Shown one piece after another: positions 39,008-52,549 of a stretch of DNA of 64,000 nucleotides. The notes under the pieces were generated by a model. That model did no database searches, had not been told where the DNA came from, and saw nothing but the letters and a program-made list of their open reading frames with translations. The stretch is from Dipteris shenzhenensis. Lineage: Eukaryota. Location of the stretch: NCBI GenBank assembly GCA_047967505.1, contig CM106538.1. One strand, given 5' to 3'. Position 1 is the first letter of the stretch. Each line of letters opens with the position of its first letter. The position numbers were made by a program, and so were the translations under genes.

Positions 39008-40563
39008 CGACGGGAGGATGTAGAGTGGAACACCTTACCCGACCTAGTGGCGGAAACAAACCCCTCAACAGGGGAAGACCTCCTGCTCGAGGAAGGAGGG
39101 AAGGAACCCAGTGGAGGAAAGTCAATAGGGGAAAGAATCCTGGCACCTGAAGAAGAAGCCCTGTCAATAGGAAATCCAACCACTGGCTCCCCAAAAGTAG
39201 CGGGCACAAACTCCTCCTCTGGGAAATCTGAACTCTCTGCCAAGGCTGAAAACGAGTTCCTGTGAAGCAATCCAGACACCGGAGTACGAAGGATCCCTTG
39301 TGAGGGAAGAGGATCAACAGTGTAAGCTATCCCCTTCCCCCTGTCCAAGGGAGGGAGTGAGGAAGGCTCTCTACCCGGTGTCTGCCCAGCCGCGGAAATC
39401 TCTCCGTCCTCAAGAGGAACATCTGGCAGTGCTGGATCTAAGGAAGAAGCTGCAACTGGGGAGGAGGTCGAAGCTTCAGCGTCTCGGACTGTGCAAGGTG
39501 AGACAGGAAGGACAGCTCGAGGTGAAGCAGAGTCTACTAAGGTACCCTCGTGAACTGAAGGAGGGACCTGCACACGTACTGGAACCCACTGTAAAGCGTC
39601 GCGTGTGCCTGAGGGAGGTGGGGGTCGAGGAGCAGGTGAAGGACCTGTACCACCCCCCTGACGAGGCCGAGGAATAGGTACTGGACCTGTACCACCACCT
39701 GACTGAGCAGGACCGCCACGTGAAGAACGAGGAGCAGGAGCTGGACCTGTACCACCCCTCTGTCGAGGTCGAGGGGCAAGTGCCGGGTCTAATCCCCCCC
39801 CCTGTCCCCCCTGTCGATGCCCTGAGGCGGTAGCTGTACCAGAGGGCTTCTTAGGCCTTTTCTTCTTCCTGGGACAATCCCTGGCAAAGTGTCCCGAGGT
39901 CCTGCAAATCCTGCACTGGTCCTGCCTGCCTGAAATCTCCACTCTCTGGCGAAAAAAGAAACCATCCGGGCGCTGTATCATGACGTGGTCCATCTCGAGG
40001 TTAGGATCCTTGCAAAGGACCCTAACTCTAGGAACCCCATCAGCCTTGGTTGCCTCTGCTGCAGTCAATGGCAACCCAGGGAGGGGTGGGATCTCAGCAA
40101 TTGCGCCAAAATGCTCCCCAATAACAGAAAGAAGTCGATGGTAAACCTGGGGAAGCCCGGGGAACCTGATGAAGAGCGAGAAGAATTTCTTATCTGCCTC
40201 CACTGGGTCGAAACCAAGGTGAAAGGCTTCAAAGAAGATCTTCCAGTGTCCCTGGTGTAAAAAATCGGCCTTGAGCACAGTGCTCGCAGCCTCTGGAGTG
40301 TCAAAAACAACCTGGAAAAAACCTCGTCCCAGAAGGCGAACATCTACCAATCGAGGAGCGAGGTCTGGGGGGAGAGCCGCAAGCATCCAGTCTCTGGCTT
40401 GGGATCTGGAAGGGTGAGACCCGAAGATGCGTGCTAGCAAAGTGGTAGAGCACTCAATCTCTACATCCTTCTTGAGCTGCTGCAACTCGTCTTTAGAGAA
40501 AGTGATAGTTTTCGCGGCCGGTGGAGATGGAGTAGGATTGGCTGACGGGGAATCCATCGCCAA
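39004..40563 (-). CDS. LINE ORF1 (DUF4283/RRM-like region, CCHC knuckle, Pro-rich tail), intact 519 aa
   Basis: LGRGFFQVVF, CRICRTSGHFARDC, three GGGTGPxPxPR repeats; stop overlaps the ORF2 ATG (ATGA). Confidence 0.92.
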   Translation of the reverse strand: MAMDSPSANPTPSPPAAKTITFSKDELQQLKKDVEIECSTTLLARIFGSHPSRSQARDWMLAALPPDLAPRLVDVRLLGRGFFQVVFDTPEAASTVLKADFLHQGHWKIFFEAFHLGFDPVEADKKFFSLFIRFPGLPQVYHRLLSVIGEHFGAIAEIPPLPGLPLTAAEATKADGVPRVRVLCKDPNLEMDHVMIQRPDGFFFRQRVEISGRQDQCRICRTSGHFARDCPRKKKRPKKPSGTATASGHRQGGQGGGLDPALAPRPRQRGGTGPAPAPRSSRGGPAQSGGGTGPVPIPRPRQGGGTGPSPAPRPPPPSGTRDALQWVPVRVQVPPSVHEGTLVDSASPRAVLPVSPCTVRDAEASTSSPVAASSLDPALPDVPLEDGEISAAGQTPGREPSSLPPLDRGKGIAYTVDPLPSQGILRTPVSGLLHRNSFSALAESSDFPEEEFVPATFGEPVVGFPIDRASSSGARILSPIDFPPLGSFPPSSSRRSSPVEGFVSATRSGKVFHSTSSRR

Positions 40564-40619
40564 TCAAGGTGAGGAGGCCGACTCGAACAGAAAAAAAAAA
40601 AAAACTCCTTCCGTTCCAA

Positions 40620-41300
40620 AAAAGCTGCGAGGGGCAAGGGAGGGGAAAGGGGGGAAGGGGAAAGGAGGCTAAGAGGAAACAGGGGGGAAGGGGAGGGAAG
40701 GAGGAGAGGGGCTGGGGCTGAGAGGGGAGAGGGGCAAGCTGAGAGGGAGGGAGGGGAAAGGAGAGGAGAAGAAAGGGAGGAGTGAGAGGAGGAGAGGGGG
40801 CGGGAGAGCAAGCAGGGAGGGGGCAGGACAGCAGGGGAGGGGGCGGAGGCAGGGAGAGGGAGCGGAGCAGCAGGGGGGAAGGGGCGGAGGCAGGGGGGAG
40901 AGGGGGAGCAGCAGGGGGGAGGGGGCAGAGGCAGGGAGAGGGGGCGGAGCAGCAGGGGGGAGGGGACGGAGGCAGGGAGAGGGGGCGGGACAGCAGGGGG
41001 CAGGGGGGAGCAGCAGGGGGGAGGGGGCGGAGGCAGGGAGAGGGGGCGGAGCAGCAGGGGGGAGGGGACGGAGGCAGGGAGAGGGGGCGGGACAGCAGGG
41101 GGGAGGGGGCGGAAGCAGGGAGCAGAGGGAGGGAGCGAGGGACAGGCAGGGGGAGGGGGCGGAGCAGCAGGGGGGGAGGGGGCGGAGCAGCAGGGGGGGA
41201 GGGAGGGGAGCAGCAGGGAGGGGCTAGGGACAGGCTGAGGGGGGAGAGAGACGGGCTGAGGGAGGGGGAGCAGCAGGGGAACGGGGAGGAGCAGCAGCTC
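40620..41300 (-). repeat. Extremely C-rich (G-rich on +) tandemly repetitive LINE 5' UTR
   Basis: GGCAGGGAGAGGGGGCGG and GGAGCAGCAGGGGGG modules; ~102-bp unit at 40931 and 41033. Confidence 0.9.
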
Positions 41301-43249
41301 AAAACCCGGCAAAAGGATTTTGTATAATGCAAGCACAGTAATCTGAGATAGCCTCAAAGGACGAGAGGAGGACCCAAGGGAAGTCAAAGTCCAATCCTCT
41401 AATCGATCCTGGAGTTCCAAAGGGGGAATCGGAACCATAGGGGAAAGCATACAAGTGATTTGCTGCCACAAAGTACGATAATGAGAACCCAAACCATACT
41501 ATGTGGCTGCCAGAGAAAAGGGAAGCATAGAGCCATCATCATGAATAACATTAGCAACAGTATTGATCCCTTTAAAAGAAATAAAGTAGGAACGACGAGG
41601 TTCCTGTAAAGCAAGTGGATGCTGGAAAACTTTTGACTAGTGAATGCTTTCATCCTGCAAAGAGTTACCCATCAGAGATTGTTGACCATGCCATTCAAGA
41701 TGAGACAGAATATGCTTCCAGTCAAGAAGCAAGTTGGAGACCGTAGGACAGCCATGCAAAGTGCCATCAATGCACCCAAACAAGAAATCCCACTGAGTGG
41801 GTTGCCAATGACCAAAAGCAGGAGTACTGATATGTGTGACTAGAGATTGAATCATGAGAGCCAAGGGCTGATCACCTTTCAGTAAATGCAGCAACATTTT
41901 TCCCATGTGAGCTAGCATGTGCACCTGGATATTAGTGATATTCAATCCTCCATGCATTTTAGGGGAACAAATTCGGTACACCGAAAGCAGTCTAAGACTT
42001 TTTTTGCCATGTTTGGAACACCAAAAGATTTCCATAATGACAAACATAAAGGAATCAAGATCTGCCTAGGTGAACATGATCAAAGGCAAATAAAATTGAA
42101 TGTACGCCACAAGAATGGACTGCACTATTAAGAGACGAACATGTAAAGGCCAGGTTGCCAATTTCCAATATTCAAGCTTTTTCCTAAGCTTGATTAGAAC
42201 CCAATCAATTTGCTGTCGACGAGTAAGTCCCCAGCCCAAAGGATATCCAAGGTGTCGAACTAACTGAGTGGGTGGGATGATCTCCCCTGGCCATACGAGA
42301 CTGTGCCAGTCTTTAATATGCAATGGGAGCAGCTTAGACTTTTGAAAGTTAACATGAAGGCCAGCTGCCAAACCATAACCTGAAAGGGCTTGCATCAAAG
42401 CAGAAAGATCAGGCTGAGTATTCCTTGGAGTAAAGAAAGAATCATCAGCATAGGCCTGAGCAACCATGCTTCGATTTTCATCCAGTTCCAAACCATGGAG
42501 AGAATCTATAGCCACTAGATGATCAATGTATTGTAGCATAGGATGAGTAGCAATGGCATACAATAAGGCACTAAGGGGACAGCCCTGATGAACCGAACTA
42601 CGAAGTATCCATTCTTCAGAGATGTCTCCAGAAAGAATACAAGCAGCATTGCTATCCCTGTAGAGCCAATAAATAACCTGCTGCATTTTTATTCCAAAGC
42701 CCAAGGATCGCATTGTTTGCGAGATGAATTCCCATTGAACTGTGTCAAAAGCTTTGGCAATGTCAATCTGTAAGAGCAAAACATCCTACTGCGTGTACTT
42801 GGCATATTCAATTCCAACATAAGCATTGGCAATATTGTCCATGATATGCCTACGAGGAACAAAGCCATATTGAGAAGGATGCAGCCCATCATGTAGATAG
42901 CCTTTGATACGGTCAACAAGCATTTTAGCTATGATCTTGTAAATCACTGACATGAGCGTGATTAGGAAGGAGCTTTACCAGCCCCTTTTTCCATGACGGA
43001 GGCATTTGCTAATTTTCCCAAGCTGAATTAGCCATCCCATCCTGGAGATTTCAACAATGAGGCCATCCCATCCTGAAGATTTCCATCTACCACAGGATTT
43101 AACTGCATCTGACAATTCCCTCTCAGTGAAGGAAAGTTCCAGTTCCAAAGCCTGAGCTTGAGAAAGAATTGGATGGAATGCGACACACACACACACACGT
43201 TTGTTGAGTACACATAAGAAAAGAAGTTTTCCCTAAATGGGAATGCCCT

Positions 43250-43700
43250 TCCTTTGTGTCGATGCTTCTCAAAAAGCTCTTTTCCAAGTGGTTTGGTTAT
43301 CCTTGTCACAGTGTTGTAGTGTAATGTCACCATGTAGCACTCTTTCTATGATGAAATGCTCTTTTACATCAATATGCTTTGTTCTTAAGTGATACATTGA
43401 ATTCTTTGCTAGTGCTTGAGCTGATTGATCATCATAGTATGTAGTAGTCGGCTTTGTCTCATCAAAGTAATATGTCCCTGACAATAGTCTTCTAAGCCAA
43501 ATTGCTTCACATGCTCCTATTGCTACGGCTCTATCTTCTGCTTTTATTGATGAAAGAACCTATTGGCTGTCAGTTATGACCATGAAATTACTTATCCACG
43601 GAAAAAAGCGCAAGCTTGAGTTGACATCCTAATATTCTCATCTCCAGCATAGTTTAACCATGAAACTTAAGATGATTACCTCTATATTTTATTTGTGATT
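43250..43700 (-). mobile_element. Copia RNase H remnant
   Basis: DQSAQALAKN...RTKHIDVKEHFI...TKPLGKELFEKHR. Confidence 0.75.
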
Positions 43701-43839
43701 GTACTTCATTCAAGTATCCATTTAGGAATGCATTTTTAACATTTAGTTAAAACTTAATACGTACTCCATTTGCTTAAATTCTATGGTTCATGCATTTGCT
43801 CAATTGCTTGGATCTTACTTGGCTCGGTTCGAATGGCTT

Positions 43840-44330
43840 ATTTGAAAATCACATGACCAGGAAACACACCCATCTTCACATAGAAAACACACTTGGCCGT
43901 GTTCGGGGAGATTCCTACCTGCCTACACCTGCCAAAAGCTGTTTCAAAGAAAGCCAAATGCACAAACAGAAACTGCCAAGTATAGACAAAAATCATCCAA
44001 GTACATGGCAATAAACTTGTGCAAATAATCTCGGAAAGTCTCAACCATGAACCTATGGAAAGTTGACGGTGCATTTCACAGACCAAATGGCATGACTTCG
44101 CATGCATATGCACCCCCTTATGTGATAAATGCAGTCTTCTACTAATCCTCACGTGCCAAAGACATCTAATTGTACCCACTATAGCCATCCATGAACAAGT
44201 ACATCTCATGTCCTACAACTTGGTCAAGTATGCAATCAATAAAAAGAGATCCAACATTGTCTGAGCATTAAGTTTCTAGCGGTCCATGAAAACTTGGAGC
44301 TTGCCTTTCTTCTTGGGCACCACCACAATT
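43840..44330 (-). mobile_element. Gypsy RT remnant
   Basis: Degraded MPFGL...FQR and YLDDF motifs, followed by KCVF...FPGHVI on the minus strand. Confidence 0.6.
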
Positions 44331-47300
44331 AGAAACATATCTGGATGAATCCAAGAACATGCCCGAAGTTATTCTCTAAAAATACAACACGTGCAGTTTC
44401 AATCTCATGATAGTCACTCATAAGGTTGAAAACTGAAGGGACGATCGCAAAATAGAGAGTGCAGGTAGCAAAGAGTCGTACCATAGTTTAGCAGTCATGT
44501 CAAACTTAGATAATGAAAAGGTACAAGTACAAGGTACTTGTACCTAGACCTAGGACTAAGTGTCCTAGGTGTCACATAGGACTAAGTGTCCTATGTGGCC
44601 TAAAAGGCACTAACACTACAAGTGCCTACACTTATGCCTACAAGGCACATACCATGGCCTATAGGGCATCACTAGAACCACCAGAAGATGGCCTACAAAC
44701 CCCCCTCCATGGGATGGGCTGAAGTACTCTGGAAACATCTCAGAATACCTGATACTTTCTGGTCATGGTGGCACATGTTCATCCAAAAGGATATAGCCAC
44801 CTATGAATGTACAAGGGATGTCAGATCATGTAACAAAGGGAACCAAGTGTAAAGCCTATCGGAAGACTTCGAACTTGGGACGAGGAAGTGCCTTTGTAAA
44901 CATATCTGCTATGTTGTCCTCTGTCTCCTGCTGACAACCGCTCCCGAACATAATGATAGTGAACTTTGATATTCTTGGTACGCGCATGAAACACTGGGTT
45001 ACGCGCAATGGCCTGGCTGGCAAATACCAAGATCTGTAAGTAACTGTCGAAGCCAAACACACTCTACTGTAGCGGTGAAAGCTGCCCTGTACTCAGCCTC
45101 ACAACTAGACGTGGCAACTGTTGGTTGCTTCTTGCTGAGCCAAGAGATACATGAATTGCCAAGCCAAAAACAATTGCCAATATGTGACACTCTGATGTCG
45201 GAACATCCTGCCCAGTCACTATCCATGTAAGCATGCATGGTAAGTGAACCCTAATCACCATAGAAGAGGGATAAATCCTGAGTGCCTCTGAGATATCTGA
45301 AGACTCTCTTCACTACCTGCCCTAGTATGACATAAATAAATAAGGCATCCAATAGCCTGCTGATAAAGAGTGATATCACATGGTGGGCTCCCATCATGAG
45401 CTGAGAATTTGAAACTAGGGTCCACTGGAGTAGAGATTGGCTTGCAATCCTCAAACTGAAAACGATCAAGGAGCTGTACAATATACTTGGACTGAGACAT
45501 CATGATACCCCCCTCAACATGAGCAAACTCAATGCCCAAATAATAATGAAGCCGTCCCATGTCTGACATGTCAAAAATCTGCTGCAAATCAGCCTTGAAA
45601 GCTGCAATTTGCTGAGTATCTGAGCCCGTGATGAGCATATCATCCACATATAAAATCAGCACTAAAAAATCAGATCCACTCCCACGGACATAAAGAGTGG
45701 GTTCTGTGGGACTATTATGAAAACCAAGGGATAGTAAGTGTGCATGAATTTTGGCATACCATGCCCTGGGTGCCTGCTTCAAACCATAAAGGGCTTTTCT
45801 AAGCTGGCATACCTTATTTTCAGAATTAACAACCTCAAAGCCAGGAGGTTGTGTGACATAGACTTCTTCCTACAGATCCCCATGAAGAAAAGCAGTCTTG
45901 ATGTCAAGTTGGTGCACTTGCCAATGATGATGGGCTGCAATGGCAATGACACATTGAATGGTAATCCTGGATGTGGGAGCAAATGTCTCCTCAAAGTCAA
46001 TGCCTTGTTGTTGGGCATACCCTTTTGCAACAAGACAGGCTTTGTATCAATCTATGCTGCCATCAGATTTCCTTTTTAATTTTAGACCCACCGCGTTCCA
46101 ATGGCATGCTTGCCAGGAGGGAGATCTACTAATTCCCATGTGTCATTTTTGGCAATAGATTGTAACTCAGCTTTCATTGCATCCATCCACTCTTTGCTGT
46201 CAAAAGCATCTTTATGGCACAAAGGCTCTTCATTGCAAGCTGTAGCAAGGAGTGCAAACTCAAGAAAGTGACCATGCTGTCTATTCCCTGATCTTGTCCG
46301 GGCAGCAAAAGGCTGATCTTGTTTGCTGTCCCTCAATGTATCAAGAAGCCATCTGGGAACTTGCCTTTGCTGTCTATTGACAGCTCTTTCTTTAATGACT
46401 GCACCATGAGTAGTGGGATCATTTTGTGCCAGAAGAGAAACCTGCAAACCAGCATGAGGAAGTGGCTGATTATTGCTTGGTGGAGGGCCTGCAGGAGGCT
46501 CATGTTGCTGGTCAAAATCCTCTTCTGATGATGGCAGAGGTAACCAAGATTCAAAGGCATCAAACATGTCAACATCTGGCTTTGCTTTGCAGTCCACAAG
46601 AGGAGAAGCTGAATGTTCAGCAAAGATTACATCTCTAATGACAATAATCTTCCCAATATTTGGTTGATATAACCGATACCCTCTGCTCTCCTGGCTGTAA
46701 CCAATAAATATGCATTTGATTGCCTTGTCATCAAGCTTGTGTCTCAGCTGAGATGGTACATGAACATATGCAAGAGACCCAAAAACTCTCATGTGTGAAA
46801 GTGCAGGCTTCCTGCCTTTCCATGCTTCATAAGGTGTAATGGTCTTCAATGCCCGTGTAGGTGATCTATTCAGCACATAGTTGGCACACATTACAGCATC
46901 AAGCCAAAATTTATTCGGCAAAGACTTGGCCTTAAGCATGCATCTGGCCATCTCCATTATTGTGGACCTGTTTTTCCTTTCAGAAACAGGATTCTGCTGA
47001 GGAGTGTAAGGAGTAGTGCATGAGTGAATAATGCCCCGTGAAGACAGAAATGCATCAAACTCCTTTGACATATACTCTCCCCCCCTATCTGTGTTGAGGG
47101 TGACAAGCTTGCATCCTAATTCATTCTCAACCATATTCAGCCATCTTTGAAAGCATAAGAAAACTTCAGATTTGGCCTTTACAGGATATACTTAGCAATG
47201 TCTTGTGAAATCATCAATGAGAGTCATGAAATACTTATACCCCCCAATGGCATTTTGACACATCCCACCACTCCTGAAACCTCTGATCTGCAAAACAAAC

Positions 47301-47789
47301 ACACACCACATGAGAACTGAGCCGGCTGCTCACCACCCAACCATGACATCTACGGGATGTGATCCCAATCAGGAGATGTCCCCTCCGAGCCACGAGCTGA
47401 GCTACTGGCACGAACTCCCAATCAGATCCAAACCAGCCTGGTGTCCCATACCACCAGGTGGCGCTGTGAAGCCCTGGATCTGCCACTGGGCCTTGGGCTA
47501 CGCTAAGATGCAGGCGCGCGTCCGTGACTCAATCCAGGAACAGACTTTGCACTTGGGAACAAAACTTGCTCTCAACTGCATACTGAGAACTGAACCCCCT
47601 GGGCCCCTTTTATAGACTCGGGCCCCGAGCGCCAAAAATAGCAAAGACCTATAAATAGTTCGTACCCTTGCCACTCAACCCGAGAATCAAGCCTGCCTAG
47701 CTCTAAGCCTCCCCAGGCTACCTGAGCTAGTCTAGTGTACCCAGTACACGTCAGATACCAATCCGTGCACATGACATACTCCCCCTCCT

Positions 47790-50700
47790 CTAAGAACTCA
47801 CTCCTGAGTTCGCTATAAAACTCGGAAATGTTCTTTGGAGGTTTTGTAATGTCTCCCATGTTGCATCCTCCTCAACACGATCCTTCCACTTGATTTTGTA
47901 TTCCGTGATAGATCGATTACGAATCTGTCTGTCACGAAATTCAAGAATACACTCAGGTTCGTGAGGAATAAAAGTCAAATCTGTAACTTCTATTATCTCG
48001 TGAGGAGAAACAAGTTGATCTTCTGCACCCAAAAGTTCTTTCAGTCTACTGACATGAAAGACTGGATGTACTTTAACATCAGGAGGCAATTCTAGTCGAT
48101 ATGCAACTGGTCCAATTCTTTTAATGACCTTGAATGGGCCACATTATCTGGGGGATAATTTCAGAACCAAACCAATACTTAGGCTCTTGGATTCCTTGGG
48201 AATTCGCAAATATACCATCGTTCCTTCAGAGAACTCTCTAGGTGAACGATGTCTATTAGCATAAAATCTGTCCCGATCTTGGGCAGTTCTAATAGACTCC
48301 TTGGCAAACTGCAACATTTCCTGCATATCTAGCAAGAAGTTCTTAGCAGCATCATTTTGAATCCCTTTTAATCCAACCATAACTGGTGACTTAGGTTGAA
48401 ACCCGTACATAAGCATAAAAGGACTGTAACCAGTACTAGAATGCTTTGCACTGTTGTAAGCAAATCAATCATAGGTAGATAATCTTCCCATGAAGACTGT
48501 CTCTTAGATACATATGCCCGAAGCATGTCTTCAACCAACTGGTTAACCTTCTCTGTATTGCCATCGGATTGTGCATGATCCGAGGAACTCATACTTAGAG
48601 TAGTTTCTAACTTCTCAAAAACAAGTGTCCAAAAATTACTTGTAAACTTTGAGTCCCTGTCACTGACTATGTCAGATGGCAAACCATACAGCTTAAACAA
48701 GTGGTCCACAAACTCGTGAGCCAACTGAACAGCTGAAATAGTTGTTCTAGTAGGTAAGAATCTAGCCATTTTTATCAACCGGTCGACTATGACCCAAATG
48801 GAGTCATGACCCTTGCGCGTTCGAGGCAAACCAGTAATAAAATCCATGGAAATACTTTCCCATTTATTACCTGGAATCTGTAATGGCTGTAATAAACCCG
48901 CGCTTCTAAGGCGTTCTGCCTTAGTATCCTGACAAACTCGGCAACCTACTACATAGTTCTCAATGAATGCACGCATCTTTGGCCAATAAAAGGTATGCTT
49001 CACAAGAGACAGAGTCCTATGTATACCCGGATGTCCAGCACTAGGAGCATCATGACACTCCCAGAGAATCTTGGATTTAAGGTCCAGAACATCAAGCACA
49101 CAAATCTTTTCATTCCGGAACAACAAGCCGTTCCTAATCATCCACTGACCTCCCGCCGCCTGTACTGTAGGTAGCACAATCCCTGAGTCCTGGTCAACCA
49201 TGGAGCTCCCATCCTAGACTCTCTACCAATAAGAACTGAAATGACTATCAGTTGCGTATAGCCCTCTCAAGGATTGAAATAGGTCTGAGGATATTTCCGT
49301 AAATGACAAAGCATTTACAAACTTAACTCGACTTAAGGCATCCGCCACACTATTCAACGAACCCTTACGATAACGTATTTCAAAATCAAAATCTTGCATT
49401 AATTCTGCCCATCTAGCTTTCCGTCCCCTCAATTCAGATCCATCACACACATACTTAATTGACTGATGATCAGTCAATACAAGGAACTTTGAACCATACA
49501 GGTAGTGTCTCCAAACCTTAAAGGCATACACTACAGCATAAAGTTCCTTTTCAAGTGTGGGCCAACGATATTGAGTGTTGTCTAGCTTCTTACTCTCGAA
49601 AGCTACAGGTCTGCCCTCTTGGAATAGAGCTGCCCCAATCGCATAATCACTCGCATCGGCCTCTAAAACATAAGGCCGGGTAGGATCGGGTAATGCAAGA
49701 ACGGGTGCTTCCTTGATAGAAAACTTCAAGGTTTCAAAAGCCTTGTTCATTGCATCATTCCAAGAGATCGGCTGGGTAGACCTGCGTCCATGACCTTTCA
49801 ATATGTTTGTCAAGGGTGCCGTGATATGTGAATAACCACGCACAGACTTCCGTAGAAATACCGTAAATCCTAGGAAAGAACGAAGTTGTTTCACAGTCTG
49901 AGGGATAGGCCATTCTAAAACCTTCTGGATACGATCCAGATCAATGCTAATACCTTCAGAAGAAATCTTGTGTCCTAAGTAAATGATCTCCTTCATAAAG
50001 AAGTCACATTTACTCATCTTGGCATAGAGCTTATGCTGTCTTAGAATAACTAAGACAATCCGGAGGTGTCCGATGTGATCCTCAAGCGTTCGACTATATA
50101 CCAAGATGTCATCTAAGAATACTACAACAAATTTGCCCAGAAAATCCCTGAACAAATCGTTCATCATCTGCTGAAAGGTGGCAGGAGCATTGGTCAAACC
50201 AAAAGGTAGTACAAGAAACTCGTAATGACCATACCTAATTCGGAATGCGGTTCTATCTATGTGTTTAGCATAGATACGGATTTGGTGATAACCCGTACGC
50301 AAATCAATCTTAGTGAAATACTTCGCTCCGGCCAAACGCTCTATCAAATCATCGGAACGAGGTAGAGGGTATCGATTCTTAATTGTCACTTTATTTAATC
50401 GTTTATAATCTATACACATTCTCCAGGTAGAATCTTTCTTCTTTCTTAAGAAGAAAGGTGCACCCCAAAGGTGATTTACTTGGGCGTATATAGCCCATAT
50501 TCAGGTAATCCTGTAGCTGGGTAGCTAACTCATCCTCCTCGACCTGGCTCATCCTATAAGGTGGCACACTAATAGGTTGAGCCCCTAGGACTACGTCTAT
50601 GCGATGATCTACTGCCCGTTCTGGAGGTAAACCTTCCGGCAGTTGAGTAGGGAATACATCCTTAAAACTATCTAATAACATTCTCAATTCACGGTGTTCA

Positions 50701-52370
50701 AACACACTTAAATCATTCTTGTTAATTACAGAAACAACAAATGAAGAAAGCGGAATCAAAACACACTGATAGACATCATAATGAGAAGTGTTTAATATAT
50801 TTCGAAGCTGCATCGCAAATACAATAAGTCCCTGATAAGAGGGAATTTTATCACACTGAATACAAAATTGGGTGCCCTTATCTACAAAAGAAAGTGTATG
50901 CTCCGTCCATCCAATCTGAATATTGTGGGTTTTAAACCACTCTATTCCAATCAACAAGTCTACATGCTCCAGGTGCATAACATAACACGTAAGAACCCCT
51001 GTGTAGGCTAACATCCGGATAGGAAGCACTTCAACCTTGCGATCCCAAAACTGCTTCCCAGCTGGAAGCTGCACCTCATAGGTGTGGTCGCTAGGTACTG
51101 TGGACAGCCCCATCTTCTGCACAAATTTGTAATTAACAAAATTGTGAGAGCTGCCCGGATCAAAGAGAATGTGAACTTGTTGGTCCCTAACTTCTCCATA
51201 AACTCGAAAAAGATCATGGGAACCAAACAACGAAGTATTGAAAGTACAATTACAAGAGAGTGGGCAGGTAATGACATTTACAGAAATACCTGTCATCGAG
51301 ACTTGGTTCGCTCCCTTGGCTGTGGTACGTGGACCCGCCTGGAGCTTCGGTCCGAGCGCTAACTTTTGATTCTTGCGCTTTGGACACTCATTCTTGGTGT
51401 GGCCCCGCTCCTCGCAATAGAAGCAACGTCCTTCTTTCTTGAGCTTCAAAGTACGAAGGAAACGGGCTTTACCATTCTTTGCCTGAGTCAAGTGTTTCTT
51501 GGAGGCGTTGTTCGTAGACTTCGTCTCCCCAGTACCAGTCCTAGGCTGAAAGAACTTGCGTTTCTTCTTTCCACTCGTGTCGGAAACTGTAGTTGCTTTT
51601 GCACCGGCCATGGTATCATCATAAATACGCGCGTAATTCATGGCCTCTTGCAACGTTGTGCATTTGTTGTTCTTTATTTGCAACTTGTATGAATCTGGCA
51701 AACCATCCACAAAGAAACCTAACAAGGTCACTGGATCCATCTTTGTGGCCCTGGTCTGCAGATCTCGAAACCTTTGAAGATAAACTTCAAATGACAAGTT
51801 CTGCTTTGACATATCGAGGGCTTTAAGCTTGCCAACGATATCATAATCGTCCTCCTTCTTCAGGAACTCCTTCCTGAAGACCCCTTCGAAATCTATCCAT
51901 GTATCTGGCTTAGGCTGGAGTTCCTTCCACCATAGCAACGCCTTACCTGACATGAAACCGGCTGCAAGCTGGATTTTCTTCTCATCTGGGTACGGGTGGA
52001 ACTGAAAGTGTACCTGCCACTTGTGTAACCAAGTGTCAACTACCTCCTTCGTTCGAGACTTTTGATCTCCCGGAAAAGGATCTGGAGTTATGTTCGGGCC
52101 TAGCACTGAAGCCATGGCATCCACATGCATGAGTGCCTGCATAGTGCTAGCCAGAAGAGTGAGAGTCGTCTGAATCCCTTGGAGTTGCTGTGTCAACCCC
52201 GTTTGATTCGCATTAACCTGCTCGAATTTTCCATCTAGAGCAGTGGTGAATTCACTGAAGGCCTTTTTCGTAATCAGGTCATTATAAAGACCCTGATCTT
52301 CCTCTCCCACAGGAGTGTAATCCAAATCCTGCTCTCCCATGGTGAACTCGGGATTTGCAGAATCAGACAT
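47790..52370 (-). pseudogene. Gypsy D gag-pol: Gag, CCHC, protease, RT, RNase H, integrase, chromodomain; several frameshifts
   Basis: CFYCEERGHTKNEC; LFDPGSSHNF; CIDYKRLN..FLDD; DASD..TDH..ADALSR; GHPG and SDRD; chromodomain [19 protein letters not shown]. Confidence 0.95.
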
Positions 52371-52549
52371 AACTGAAATCTGATTTGGAACGAATATAAA
52401 CTGAGAGAAATAATTGAGAAATCGTAGCTGAAAGGATAGTGGAGCAGAGAAAAACTGTCCCAAGAGATGCTGACGGAAGAAGATGCTGAAAACTGGCGAA
52501 CCGCACGCGCAATAAACCCGGAGGCTGGCTGAACTCGATGCAGGCTGCA

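Larger units (their letters stand above)
34627..41307 (-). mobile_element. Full-length L1-type LINE (~6.7 kb)
   Basis: TSD GGCAAAAGGATTTT at 34617-34630 and 41308-41321; poly(A) 34627-34640; 5' UTR, ORF1 and ORF2 present. Confidence 0.97.
33976..43182 (-). mobile_element. Older 5'-truncated L1-type LINE split by a younger LINE (pieces 33976-34626 and 41308-43182)
   Basis: Poly(A) at 33976-33984; RT motifs DIAKAFD, QGCPLS and YADD; C-terminal CHRC...HLFWHC. Reading frame rejoins across the insertion as ITVLALYKILLP|QPWVSE. Confidence 0.9.

Noticed and set aside
40461-41492. 343-aa Pro-rich ORF and overlapping Gly/Arg-rich ORFs (extensin-like)
   Set aside because: Artefact of the low-complexity LINE 5' UTR; the ORF starts in the older LINE and crosses the TSD.
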